Part shown: one piece after another, positions 1 through 8,438 of the stretch
Position numbering within the stretch: position 1 is the stretch's first letter
How the letters are laid out: each line of letters begins with the position of its first letter
Source: a virus
Taxonomy: Duplodnaviria; Heunggongvirae; Uroviricota; Caudoviricetes
DNA: 34,379 bases
IMG/VR virus record: IMGVR_UViG_2734482779_000009
Direction: 5' to 3' (one strand)
Notes under the pieces: generated by a model
What the model saw: only the letters and a program-made list of their open reading frames with translations
Database searches by the model: none
Told to the model about the DNA's origin: nothing
Program-made: the position numbers and the translations under genes

Positions 1-153
1 ATGGCTACTAACAATAGCAAATGTGACACTTTTGATTCCAGTGAAAAGCCTGAGGGGCTGGTTGTTGCAACTGTCAGCAATTCATACAAGAAAAAGAGCT
101 CGTCAGGCACATCAAACAAACCAGAGCAATCCCCTCCCAAAGATAAGAAGTAG
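1..153 (+). CDS. Small Lys/Ser-rich ORF (50 aa) or 3' part of a gene cut by the window edge; hypothetical
   Basis: ATG at position 1, open frame to TAG at 151-153; AT-rich; converges on the 172..795 gene. No recognisable motif. Confidence 0.2.
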   Translation: MATNNSKCDTFDSSEKPEGLVVATVSNSYKKKSSSGTSNKPEQSPPKDKK

Positions 154-171
154 TGTTCATGCCTGATGGTA

Positions 172-795
172 TTACCGACAAACTCGTCGGATATCAACTC
201 TGGCAATCTGTTCTGCAGGTATATAGGTTGCCAGAGTTCCCCATCCGTCATCTGCCACACCACTATCGCATTCTGTCCAGATATTGCTCCCGACTGTAGT
301 CCGGTGCGTTACGTATAAGATTATATCTCCCTTATTACCTAACGTGACAGGACCGTTAGGCCGTCCTGCAAATCGCCCGGGTGCTCGTGAAAGTAAAACA
401 GAGCCATCCTTAAGATATACATAGATTTCAGAAAAAGTGAAATCCATCTGATTGAACAATGACTGCCACGCTGAATGAGTATCATCAGACCATGAGATGT
501 TTTGCTTATGCAGAAATTCATACATCCATTTGCGCCCGTATCTGCGCCACAACGCACCGTAAATAAAAGCGCAAAGAAGCGCTGGTGGCGTTGCCAGCCA
601 CGAATTCAGACCAGCCCACATAACAACCTGATAGACCATCATTGCCAGCAGACCAAAAACCAGCGCCGAAAAGGTCACCTCAATGGGCTTGTGATGGTCC
701 TTCAGCCCCACGTTAGCAATAAAATACCCGATATAACCACTTGTCAGCGTCACCAGTGTTGCCCAGGGCAGATTCAGCAGGGATGCATCAAACAT
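172..795 (-). CDS. Hypothetical membrane protein: three predicted N-terminal transmembrane helices plus a ~120-aa soluble C-terminal domain; candidate moron
   Basis: 207-aa ORF; GGAGGA about 8 nt upstream of the ATG; hydrophobic segments at roughly residues 11-31, 41-64 and 67-83; lies beyond the terminator that closes the mor operon. No family recognised. Confidence 0.6.
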   Translation of the reverse strand: MFDASLLNLPWATLVTLTSGYIGYFIANVGLKDHHKPIEVTFSALVFGLLAMMVYQVVMWAGLNSWLATPPALLCAFIYGALWRRYGRKWMYEFLHKQNISWSDDTHSAWQSLFNQMDFTFSEIYVYLKDGSVLLSRAPGRFAGRPNGPVTLGNKGDIILYVTHRTTVGSNIWTECDSGVADDGWGTLATYIPAEQIARVDIRRVCR

Positions 796-823
796 ATTTC
801 CTCCGGTGATATGTTTTTCTGCC

Positions 824-861
824 AGAATAAAAAAAGCGCAACAGGTTATCCATTGCGCTTT
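824..861 (-). terminator. Candidate rho-independent terminator at the end of the early (mor-containing) operon
   Basis: Inverted repeat AAAGCGCAA (833-841) / TTGCGCTTT (853-861) with an 11-nt loop; on the minus strand the stem is followed by a run of 7 T then AT (complement of the A-run at about 826-835). Confidence 0.45.
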
Positions 862-889
862 TCATAAACCGGGAATTTATTGACGCTCG

Positions 890-1123
890 TTAACACTTTG
901 GTGGCGGTGGTGGGTTACGTAAAACTTTCCCGTAATACAAAACACACTTTTCATCAGGCTCGATATGCAGGCGCGAGTTGTCAATCAGTCTGTCGCATTC
1001 CCTGAGAACATATCTCGCCTCAGCAGAAGTCAGACCGTCAAAAAAATGCCGGATAATTTCCATCGCCATATCTGCATGGTCTGCCTTCTTCAGGGAGGCG
1101 CTGTTGGGGGTTTTATAGCGCAT
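890..1123 (-). CDS. Hypothetical small protein (77 aa from the ATG; 79 aa from the upstream GTG) ending in PPPPPKC
   Basis: ORF-track ORF 890..1129; ATG at 1123 preceded by GAGGTG; last gene before the terminator; no recognised domain. Confidence 0.45.
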   Translation of the reverse strand: MRYKTPNSASLKKADHADMAMEIIRHFFDGLTSAEARYVLRECDRLIDNSRLHIEPDEKCVLYYGKVLRNPPPPPKC

Positions 1124-1140
1124 TATCACCTCGCTTTTGA

Positions 1141-1527
1141 TTAATCCCGACTGTCATCCGGTTCATCATCGTCTTCGAATAACTGCCCCTGTAACCGGCT
1201 GATTTCTTCCTTTCTTACGCGCTTTACCAGGTTGTAAATCCAGGGAACTGAAACCCTGAATCTGCGGGACAGTTCGTGGTGGTTACGTCCGTTAAACGCC
1301 TCATAGATTTCACGGTCACGCTGGCTTATCTTCCATCTCATCCCCATAGGAAAATAAACGTTTTGCCCGCCCCAGACCTGCATCATGCGGTTCGCGACGG
1401 CCTGACCAATCTGGTCGGCAACTTCGGGCTCAATATCAATAATCTCGCGAACGGTCTCAGAGGTATGCTGTGCCAGTTCCACCAGGAGTTCCGGCCCTTT
1501 ACTTCGAAACTGATTCAGGTCGCTCAT
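1141..1527 (-). CDS. mor: Mor/C-family transcriptional activator (middle/late gene activator)
   Basis: 128 aa; acidic end and C-terminal helix-turn-helix-like segment (ELSRRFRVSVPWIYNLVK) typical of Mu Mor/C; sits at the distal end of the early operon as in Mu. Confidence 0.75.
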   Translation of the reverse strand: MSDLNQFRSKGPELLVELAQHTSETVREIIDIEPEVADQIGQAVANRMMQVWGGQNVYFPMGMRWKISQRDREIYEAFNGRNHHELSRRFRVSVPWIYNLVKRVRKEEISRLQGQLFEDDDEPDDSRD

Positions 1528-1948
1528 GTTTTACTCCCGCAGCTCTGCGCTGCCACTTCTTCAGTTTCTCAATAACACTGCTTGCCTGTTCAGTATTGAG
1601 CCAGCGCAGGGCGCTGATGCCCGTTTCCCGCTTGATCCACCGCGCTAATGCATTTTCTGAACGGTCACGAACAATGCCTGCAGCAGCCATTTCAAGCCAT
1701 AGCGCACGAATTTTCCTGGACTGCGGATGGTCATCCAGCGGTAAACCGGAGCTGGCTTTTCTGGCAGGTTTAACCCGAAAGCCTTTCTTTTTCATGGATT
1801 CCAGCACGCAATTTAGTTGTGTGGTATCCATTCCTTTGGTTGAGGCTTTACCGGTCAGCCACTGTAACATCTGGCGGTAGGTGTCTTCATCCAGACCCAG
1901 TTCATTACGGGCAATATGGATAAGCTGAATCAGTCGTTTTTTCTGCAT
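1499..1948 (-). CDS. gemA: GemA/Mu gp16-like protein (DUF1018 family)
   Basis: 149 aa immediately upstream of mor, the Mu gene order; N-terminus MQKKRLIQLIHIARNELGLDEDTYRQMLQ resembles the GemA family as recalled. Confidence 0.6.
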   Translation of the reverse strand: MQKKRLIQLIHIARNELGLDEDTYRQMLQWLTGKASTKGMDTTQLNCVLESMKKKGFRVKPARKASSGLPLDDHPQSRKIRALWLEMAAAGIVRDRSENALARWIKRETGISALRWLNTEQASSVIEKLKKWQRRAAGVKHERPESVSK

Positions 1949-1949
1949 A

Positions 1950-2153
1950 TCAACCCCGCTTTTTCAGTCTGCCGGCAGCAATGTCAGTTGCAGCCGGCAG
2001 GGTGACAGGCCAGAACAGCATGACAGCTGTCATATACAGGATGTAATGCGCGGTGTCATAATGGTTACCGAAGCCCAGTGCATAATGAAGCCGGGCACTG
2101 CATAATCCTGCATATGTGTACCAGAAAAGAAAACAGGCAATAGTTTCAGCCAT
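1950..2153 (-). CDS. Small hydrophobic protein (67 aa), hypothetical
   Basis: Start moved to the internal ATG at 2153, which overlaps the upstream stop by 8 nt; two hydrophobic segments. Confidence 0.4.
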   Translation of the reverse strand: MAETIACFLFWYTYAGLCSARLHYALGFGNHYDTAHYILYMTAVMLFWPVTLPAATDIAAGRLKKRG

Positions 2154-2553
2154 TATATTTTTTCTCCAGTTCAATATTTTTCAGGTCATTTTCCGCAAAG
2201 AGGATTGCTGTTCTGGCACTCCGCAATCGTGCTTTTGCATTTTTCTCTTCACGTTCAAGGACTGCGACAGATTCACGAAGTGCTTCCAGCTTTTTATGAA
2301 GACGTTTAATTTCATGTACGATATTTTCAGCATTACGGGCACGCTCAAGGATAAATTCAAATGGATCCAGTACAGACCCGCACAGTGAACAGGTCAGCGT
2401 CCGGCTGATTTCAGAGACTGTTGTCCGGGTATGCCGGCACTGGTTTTGTTCGTTATTCTTCCGTTCAGAAATAACCACATTCAGCAGTTTTTGGGCTTCT
2501 GCATCAGGATCTGGCTGAAGCAGATGAATAATGTTATCGCTGTCGTTATCCAT
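2146..2553 (-). CDS. Hypothetical early protein (135 aa) with a Cys cluster and C-terminal coiled coil
   Basis: Start at the internal ATG 2553, with GGAGG 8 nt upstream, overlapping the upstream gene stop; the ORF-track N-terminal extension is probably not translated. Confidence 0.5.
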   Translation of the reverse strand: MDNDSDNIIHLLQPDPDAEAQKLLNVVISERKNNEQNQCRHTRTTVSEISRTLTCSLCGSVLDPFEFILERARNAENIVHEIKRLHKKLEALRESVAVLEREEKNAKARLRSARTAILFAENDLKNIELEKKYNG

Positions 2554-3235
2554 TATCCGCCTCCAGTTTCTGTTGTTCCTGCCCACTGACCGGGCGGTGC
2601 AGTCTGACGTTCTGCCCTTCTCGAAACCCCGCATAGCGCGAGGCGTCGCCATTGCGACTTCTTCCCGGTTTACGCGCCCTGGTGGTTTGCGTCTGCGGGT
2701 ATTTATGTTCCAGCCACTGCTGCATCAGTTCACGTTCGTCATCGGTCAGGGCGAAGGACTGTATTTCACTGATAACGGCCAGCACCCAGCCTTCAGCAAA
2801 CTGGTCGCCACGGCTGGTGCGGGTGGCGGTTTTTATTCTTTTGTTCTGTGCACTGATATATTGCTGACGCGCCTTTTTCAGCTGACGGGCCAGCACTTCC
2901 CGGGTGTACGCGGCCAGTGCGGCCCGTTCCCGGTTGCCGTAGAACCCCACACCCGGATATGTGCCGGGGTGAATGATGGAGTTAACACCAAATGCCTCGC
3001 GGATGATGTTCATCAGGCCCAGCATGTAGCGCGGCGGACGGAGGCTGCCTGTCGGCCAGTAGTGACTGATGGTTTCATCAATATCACTCATGGCGATGTC
3101 GGAATGTGTGATGCCGTGAACATCCATCAGTTTACGGGCACGGCGCAGTGCCAGAGCGGCCTCGTGCGGGTTGCCGGATGCGGCCAGTGCCAGCAACTTT
3201 TTCAGTTTCTCAATGTGTTTATTCTGGTCTGTCAT
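2546..3235 (-). CDS. DUF2786-like phage protein (229 aa)
   Basis: N-terminus MTDQNKHIEKLKKLLALAASGNPHEAALALRRARKLM matches the DUF2786 pattern common in prophage early regions; ATGA overlap with the next gene. Confidence 0.55.
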   Translation of the reverse strand: MTDQNKHIEKLKKLLALAASGNPHEAALALRRARKLMDVHGITHSDIAMSDIDETISHYWPTGSLRPPRYMLGLMNIIREAFGVNSIIHPGTYPGVGFYGNRERAALAAYTREVLARQLKKARQQYISAQNKRIKTATRTSRGDQFAEGWVLAVISEIQSFALTDDERELMQQWLEHKYPQTQTTRARKPGRSRNGDASRYAGFREGQNVRLHRPVSGQEQQKLEADNG

Positions 3236-3447
3236 TGTTCAGTATCTCCGGTATTTTTTTGCTGTTTCCATGCCCGGATAGCGTCGGACAGTTCTTTCAG
3301 GCTGTATGCTGCTTTAAGCTTTTCCCATAGCCACTGTGTTGTTATGTGCATCAGCAGGGCAGCCAGGGCTGCCCCCGCACTGAGGCATGTCGCCAGGCCA
3401 GTAAGAATCAGTATCCATGCGGTGATTTCCCTGAGTATGTCAGCCAT
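3232..3447 (-). CDS. Small membrane protein (71 aa), hypothetical
   Basis: One strongly hydrophobic helix (WILILTGLATCLSAGAALAALL); tightly packed in the operon. Confidence 0.45.
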   Translation of the reverse strand: MADILREITAWILILTGLATCLSAGAALAALLMHITTQWLWEKLKAAYSLKELSDAIRAWKQQKNTGDTEQ

Positions 3448-3461
3448 TGAATGCCTCCCGG

Positions 3462-3758
3462 TTACTCGTTCGTGTAAATCACGCCCAGTCGTGCAGCCAG
3501 ACGTTCCAGTTTTTTCTGTTTGTGGAAGTCAATCAGCCGGTCCATTCCCTGAAGGCGCAGCTGCTCTGTCATGATTTCCACGTCTGCCAGCTCTGCCGCG
3601 AGGTCACTTTCGCTGCCCTGTCCGTTCAGGTTGCGGGCGGCACTGGCCGCCAGTTCAGCGGCCTCTTCTGTCAGTTTCAGGGCCTGTGCGTCCGGCCCGA
3701 AACGCTGCAGGGCCAGACGGTAGAGGGCGGTGCGGGTGAGTTCGGTGTTCCGTGTCAT
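3462..3758 (-). CDS. MazG-like nucleotide pyrophosphohydrolase domain protein (98 aa)
   Basis: Motifs KLTEEAAELAAS and ELADVEIMTEQL match the MazG EExxE / ExxD metal-binding helices; the size fits a single MazG domain. Confidence 0.5.
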   Translation of the reverse strand: MTRNTELTRTALYRLALQRFGPDAQALKLTEEAAELAASAARNLNGQGSESDLAAELADVEIMTEQLRLQGMDRLIDFHKQKKLERLAARLGVIYTNE

Positions 3759-3767
3759 GCCGCGCCC

Positions 3768-4040
3768 TCAGTGTTTCCGGTCGACGGTGATGTTCAGGCC
3801 GCCTTCTGCAGTGGTTTCCACCCGGTACGGCACCTCGTGCTCTGCCGTGTGGGTGAGTGTGTTCATCAGTACCTGCAGGGCAGCCTCCTTTCCGTTGGTT
3901 GCCACAATGGCCTGCGTGGCCATGCTGATTAGCGCCGTCAGGACGTGCTTCACATCGGTGAGGTCGCGGCATTCACACTCGTTGACATAGTGTTCAACAA
4001 GAGTTCGGGTGCGCTGTCGTGCTTCCTGTGGGGTAATCAT
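3768..4040 (-). CDS. Hypothetical early protein (90 aa)
   Basis: ATGA overlap with the flanking gene; no recognised motif. Confidence 0.45.
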   Translation of the reverse strand: MITPQEARQRTRTLVEHYVNECECRDLTDVKHVLTALISMATQAIVATNGKEAALQVLMNTLTHTAEHEVPYRVETTAEGGLNITVDRKH

Positions 4041-4231
4041 TGCGAGTCCTCCCTGTCAGGGCGGGAGAATTCCATGACGGGCACGTCCGCTGAAAAATGC
4101 TGGCTGCAGTACGGACAGACCAGGGTGACGCGCACTGCAGGTACGTGGTACTTACCGGACATCACGGCGATGGCGCTGTGAAAACGCAGGGCTGTTATAT
4201 CCCTCTCGCACTGAATACATTTAAATATCAT
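4037..4231 (-). CDS. Zinc-ribbon small protein (64 aa; CxxC ... CxxC)
   Basis: Cys pairs CIQC (residues 5-8) and CPYC (39-42) spaced as in a zinc ribbon; an AT-rich region lies upstream. Confidence 0.5.
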   Translation of the reverse strand: MIFKCIQCERDITALRFHSAIAVMSGKYHVPAVRVTLVCPYCSQHFSADVPVMEFSRPDREDSQ

Positions 4232-4328
4232 GATTTAATTCTCCTCTGTTTCCGGCGTGCAGAAGCCCACGGCGCTGACGCCGGAATAAAAAAGAAAATG
4301 TTTTTATTAAATAATTAACGTGGTGTGT

Positions 4329-4859
4329 TTACTGCACATCCTGCTCAAAAGGAATTATTGAAAAATCCTCAATATCACTTTTTATGGTAATGCCGGGAAT
4401 ATTTTTCACGGCCTCTTTTTCATTCAGAATGGCATCTTTATTTATTTCCTCTTTTACACGAATAAAGCGCTCAAGCCCCAGACGTCTCAGTAGTTCAATA
4501 ACATTATCCGCTCCACGGATACTGACTGATGGCGGACGGTTTCGCCATTGCACCTCGCCGGTGGTGAGGTTAGCGAACTTCACCTTCCCGTTGCCGGTCA
4601 GTTCATCACGGTGTGCCTCACACCATGTCTGGATACCGGACTGCAGTTCTGACATGCGTTTTTTCAGGCTCTCGGTGAGCGGGGCATAACGTGCGGTGAT
4701 ATCGCCAATGGCGTCATTCATTTCTGTTTCAGCCCTGACCAGTTCACGTTGTGCGTCACCGAGCAGTCTGATGCCCTCAATGACCTCTTCGCGTGTCCCC
4801 GGTACCCAGAGTGCCGCTGCGGACTTGATACGTTTTGCCCCTTTTGTACTTTTTGCCAT
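4329..4859 (-). CDS. gam: Host-nuclease inhibitor protein Gam (Mu Gam family)
   Basis: 176 aa; close to Mu Gam as recalled (AKRIKSAAA..., ETEMNDAI, WCEA.RDELT..GKVK.ANL.TG.V.WR.RPPSVSIRG, GITVKSGIEDFSIIPFEQ). Confidence 0.85.
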   Translation of the reverse strand: MAKSTKGAKRIKSAAALWVPGTREEVIEGIRLLGDAQRELVRAETEMNDAIGDITARYAPLTESLKKRMSELQSGIQTWCEAHRDELTGNGKVKFANLTTGEVQWRNRPPSVSIRGADNVIELLRRLGLERFIRVKEEINKDAILNEKEAVKNIPGITIKSDIEDFSIIPFEQDVQ

Positions 4860-4886
4860 ATTTTATGATTTCTCCGGTTGTGCTGA

Positions 4887-5156
4887 TTACCACAAAGATT
4901 CCGGCCACACGACGCGACAGCCGTGCAGTTCGAAAACGCCCTGACGGAAATGTCCCCTGTGGTCATGACCGGTATACAGATAACTGGCTTTTCCCTGTTC
5001 AAGCATGTGCATGCAATGCGCACTCCGGGAAACGCGGATGACAGGTTTATTGCCCCTGATGGTGATGCTTTGTACATCCGTGTTCGTTGCCATAAGCGCC
5101 ATAATGGCTGACTGCACTTTGCTGATTTGCTGGTTGATACCTGTGATGGATTTCAT
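4887..5156 (-). CDS. Hypothetical early protein (89 aa) directly downstream of B
   Basis: Starts 3 nt after the B stop codon; no recognised motif. Confidence 0.4.
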   Translation of the reverse strand: MKSITGINQQISKVQSAIMALMATNTDVQSITIRGNKPVIRVSRSAHCMHMLEQGKASYLYTGHDHRGHFRQGVFELHGCRVVWPESLW

Positions 5157-5158
5157 TA

Positions 5159-6352
5159 TTAAACCCCTTTGACAACGTCAGCGTTGACCTGTGGAACCCC
5201 GATTTCAGCGGCCAGATTCATGGCGGCTATTACCAGGTTACTGACGGCCAGCGGATACAGCAGGCTGACCCTGTTTTTACGATGACTTCCCGGATTGCTC
5301 AGGCGGGCACGTATGGCATCCACTGCGCCGGCGTCCATAATGTCCGTCAGTTGTTTACCGGCCCGTTGCAGTTTGAACGTCAGAAACTCTTCAAGGTTAT
5401 TGTCGAGAGGCAGAAGTTCGACCACCTCACAGCGCTGAACGACTTCACGGACTTCCATATTGCGTTCAGACAGTTTTGTCGCCAGTTCCGGCTGGCCAAT
5501 CAGCACGATGGACAGCAGTTTTTTGAAACCGGACTCCAGCTCAAAAAAGCGTTTGAGGTGTTTCAGTGTCGGAACGGGCAGACTGTGGGCTTCCTCAATC
5601 ACCAGAACGTGGCTGAACCCCGCCTGGCTGCTGTCTTTCAGGACGCGATGCAGCTGGCGAAAGCGGGCGTCCTGACTGCGTCTGATGCTTTCCAGTGGTG
5701 CGATGGTACTGATAATGGCTTCGGCAATCGCTGCTGCCTTCAGGGTTTTCCCTTTCACATCGTTGTCTTCCATGGCGATGACGTATGGCTCGATAATAAT
5801 TACCGGCGCATTCTCGCGGTTGATACGTTCAGTCAGGTCACGGCGCAGCGTGGATTTACCCGCACCGGACTCACCGATGACAGCCATAAACCCGCCATGA
5901 CGGGCTGTCTGGTACAGCGCCTCACGCACGTAGCGAATGTCCGGGGTGGTGAACACATCATCAGAACCCTGCATGGCTTCGTCGGCGAACGGGTCACGGA
6001 AAAGACCAAACGCTTTTTTGGTTGCTGGAAATAACACCTGTTTTTTGAGTAACATATTCTCTTCCTCACTGAGGCTCGTTTTATCTGTGGTACCCGCTGT
6101 ACGGGGCGTGGCCGCGCCCTGTACAGCATCAAAACTCTTCGCTGTATCAATCCCCTGACTTTCCAGCCAGGACGCAAGACGCCGGCGCACTTCTCCGGGG
6201 CTGGTGCGGGGCCACGCGTTATGATTCACAATCTGGGCCAGCGTGGCCTCAGAAACATCGACAGCTCTCGCCACCACCGCCTGTGGAATACGGGCCTCTT
6301 TCAGTTGCTGCTTCAGTACCAGCATGTTTCCCTCCTTAGTTGCCGTTAACAA
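5159..6352 (-). CDS. B: DNA transposition protein B (AAA+ ATPase, Mu B-like)
   Basis: 397 aa; N-terminal HTH-like region; Walker A GESGAGKST; Walker B-like HVLVIEEAH; overlaps the 3' end of A by 17 nt. Confidence 0.85.
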   Translation of the reverse strand: MLTATKEGNMLVLKQQLKEARIPQAVVARAVDVSEATLAQIVNHNAWPRTSPGEVRRRLASWLESQGIDTAKSFDAVQGAATPRTAGTTDKTSLSEEENMLLKKQVLFPATKKAFGLFRDPFADEAMQGSDDVFTTPDIRYVREALYQTARHGGFMAVIGESGAGKSTLRRDLTERINRENAPVIIIEPYVIAMEDNDVKGKTLKAAAIAEAIISTIAPLESIRRSQDARFRQLHRVLKDSSQAGFSHVLVIEEAHSLPVPTLKHLKRFFELESGFKKLLSIVLIGQPELATKLSERNMEVREVVQRCEVVELLPLDNNLEEFLTFKLQRAGKQLTDIMDAGAVDAIRARLSNPGSHRKNRVSLLYPLAVSNLVIAAMNLAAEIGVPQVNADVVKGV

Positions 6353-8105
6353 TGCTGATAACGCTGCTGCGGGCCGGCGTGGTCAGCGTGGCCATGACTT
6401 CATCCAGTGCGGCTTCCGGTACGCCGTCCGGATACTGTGCCGTTAACTGGCGGTAATGTTCCGGCGTCCAGGTAAGGCCGTTGGCGCTGAACTTCCCGCG
6501 CAGGGCTTTCGCGGCCTCCACATGAGTCATGGGACGCTGTTCAGTGCGCGGTCCGCGTACGTCAGAGGCCTGACCTCGCTTCGGTATACAGGCCGGAAGT
6601 GTGGCGTCATCAATATGTTTATACGGGTCAAGCCGCCCGCCGAACGGCAGCGCCTTCGCCTTGCGTGCGGCAGCTGCATCTGCGGCGTTGTCTGTACCGG
6701 TGACCAGCGCTTCGGTTTCTTTTGCCGCCATCTGCGCCGGGGTTTCCGGCAGGGCTTTGTAACTTTCGCCAAATACCGCCGCGCCTTCAGCAAAGCCAAA
6801 CTCGTTCTTTCTGACCTCTTCGACCAGGAAGAACGTCTCGTGGCCGTCCTCACCGGTCAGAACCACCTGTGCCACATCGCTGCGCCACGGGTTACGGGTA
6901 ATCATCAGTTTTTCACCGACCAGTACGCCCGGTACCGTTGATACGTCAAATTCAGTGCCCCGGAACGAGACACGAAGTTTTGGCGTGACTTTGCGGAGTT
7001 CTGGTGCTGCCACAGCCAGTTCACGGCATACCTCAACGGAAGGCGCTTTTTTCAGCTGCTCAGCAGTAATCTTCAGCCAGATATCCGTGCGGGTTTTACC
7101 GTGGCGGCTGTGAACAGCTGTTGCGTTAAAGTGGCTGCGCCATTTCGCGGCCAGCGCGTTGAGTTCTTCCAGACTGTGAACCGGCCGGAACTTCAGACCC
7201 GGCTCCAGCTTGCGTTCGATAATGTCTCGCGCCTTTTCCACCTGTCCGGTGGCGCGGGCGTTATGCGGCTTGTGCGCTATCAGGTCGATGCCCAGTGAGC
7301 GGCACATGTTTTTCGTCATACCCGCGGTGTTTGCCGAGCCGGGGTCGAGATAGAGTATTTTCGGCACGCCGTGCAGCACGTCTGCGCCGCCACGCTCCTG
7401 CATGGCATTGATAAGCACAGAACACAGGTTCTCACCGGATTCCGCACCCGTCACATACTCAACGTAAATCCAGCCGCTGGCATGGTCGGTAATCTCGTAA
7501 CTCCACACGCGGTCACTGGCGATACGGGCAAGGTTAGCGGGCTTGTTCTTGTAGAATTTCGCGCTGTCCATCACCTGCAGCCCTTTATGTCCATTGCTCA
7601 GGTAGTAAAGCGTGCAGAGTGAGGCGTCAATCTGCCAGACATGATTGGGATGCAGACTGGCCACTTCGGTATGTGGTGCAGGGGCATCCAGTTGTTCCGG
7701 GTGCAGGCCATAGTTACGCAGGGCGCGACTGATGGCATCTTCGGACAACGGGAAAAACTCACCGGTGGTTTCATCTGTTCTGCCTGCGGAGATAAAGCCG
7801 TTAGCCCGCAGGGTTTCCACTGCATCCGCGATGGAATAGAGACGCTTACCGTTCTTGCGGGTGGCCTCACGTAGTGTGGCAGATATCAGCGCGGCTTCGT
7901 CGCGGGTCAGGGCGCTGCGCCCGGCATCGGCGCGTTTTTTGCGTTTATCAGTCACAGATACCTCCTTCAGCCTGCGCAGCAGAGTGGCGCGGGACATGCC
8001 AAGTTCAGCACAGGCAGCGTCGTATATTGCACCGCGTTTACCATGCCCCGCGTCACGTGCCGCGCGGGCTGTTTCAACCAGTTTTTCAGTCAGTGCCGGG
8101 GTCAT
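6336..8105 (-). CDS. A: DDE transposase A (Mu-like / B3-D3112-type, integrase-core fold)
   Basis: 589 aa; N-terminal HTH (GMSRATLLRRLKE); catalytic-core motifs WQIDAS and YLDPGSANTAG; followed by B. Confidence 0.85.
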   Translation of the reverse strand: MTPALTEKLVETARAARDAGHGKRGAIYDAACAELGMSRATLLRRLKEVSVTDKRKKRADAGRSALTRDEAALISATLREATRKNGKRLYSIADAVETLRANGFISAGRTDETTGEFFPLSEDAISRALRNYGLHPEQLDAPAPHTEVASLHPNHVWQIDASLCTLYYLSNGHKGLQVMDSAKFYKNKPANLARIASDRVWSYEITDHASGWIYVEYVTGAESGENLCSVLINAMQERGGADVLHGVPKILYLDPGSANTAGMTKNMCRSLGIDLIAHKPHNARATGQVEKARDIIERKLEPGLKFRPVHSLEELNALAAKWRSHFNATAVHSRHGKTRTDIWLKITAEQLKKAPSVEVCRELAVAAPELRKVTPKLRVSFRGTEFDVSTVPGVLVGEKLMITRNPWRSDVAQVVLTGEDGHETFFLVEEVRKNEFGFAEGAAVFGESYKALPETPAQMAAKETEALVTGTDNAADAAAARKAKALPFGGRLDPYKHIDDATLPACIPKRGQASDVRGPRTEQRPMTHVEAAKALRGKFSANGLTWTPEHYRQLTAQYPDGVPEAALDEVMATLTTPARSSVISIVNGN

Positions 8106-8120
8106 AGCTTGTCTTCCCTG

Positions 8121-8438
8121 TTATCCGATTCTGGCGGCAATTTTTCTGGCGAGGTCGCACAGTGTTTCGCCATCGCAGGTTTTCACCACGGTATTTACCG
8201 GTTGCGGTGCAACTACCGGGCGCAATGCTGACTGATTCTGCAGACGTCTTATCTGCTGCATCAGCATCACCTCCATCGCCAGTACAAACGGGTGCGCCTC
8301 CTGTGCGGGTACGCAGATTTCACCGGAAGGGGTCACCACGCGGAAACCCTGCACCATTTCCGGCACCAGATTACACAGTGCGTGCCCCAGTGCTTCCGGG
8401 CTGTCCATCAGGATATTTTGTGTGTTATTCGTGTTCAT
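8121..8438 (-). CDS. Hypothetical early protein (105 aa) upstream of transposase
   Basis: TAATG stop-start overlap with the upstream gene at 8438; no recognised motif. Confidence 0.45.
   Translation of the reverse strand: MNTNNTQNILMDSPEALGHALCNLVPEMVQGFRVVTPSGEICVPAQEAHPFVLAMEVMLMQQIRRLQNQSALRPVVAPQPVNTVVKTCDGETLCDLARKIAARIG

Noticed and set aside
2531-3574. 347-aa plus-strand ORF across the early region
   Set aside because: Antisense to three tightly coupled minus-strand genes; Cys/Gly-rich low-complexity translation typical of a reverse-frame artefact.
3655-3972. 105-aa His/Arg/Gly-rich minus-strand ORF
   Set aside because: Overlaps two better-supported genes in another frame; composition is that of an off-frame read of GC-rich coding DNA.
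4232-4328. Possible terminator (CCGGCGT ... ACGCCGG) between the zinc-ribbon gene and gam
   Set aside because: The stem has a long (~18-nt) loop and the T-run is on the wrong side for the minus-strand operon; more likely an AT-rich internal promoter or chance repeat.
5282-6034. 250-aa plus-strand ORF antisense to transposition protein B
   Set aside because: Lies entirely within the B gene on the opposite strand and has no motif; B has clear Walker motifs and operon context, so this is a shadow ORF.
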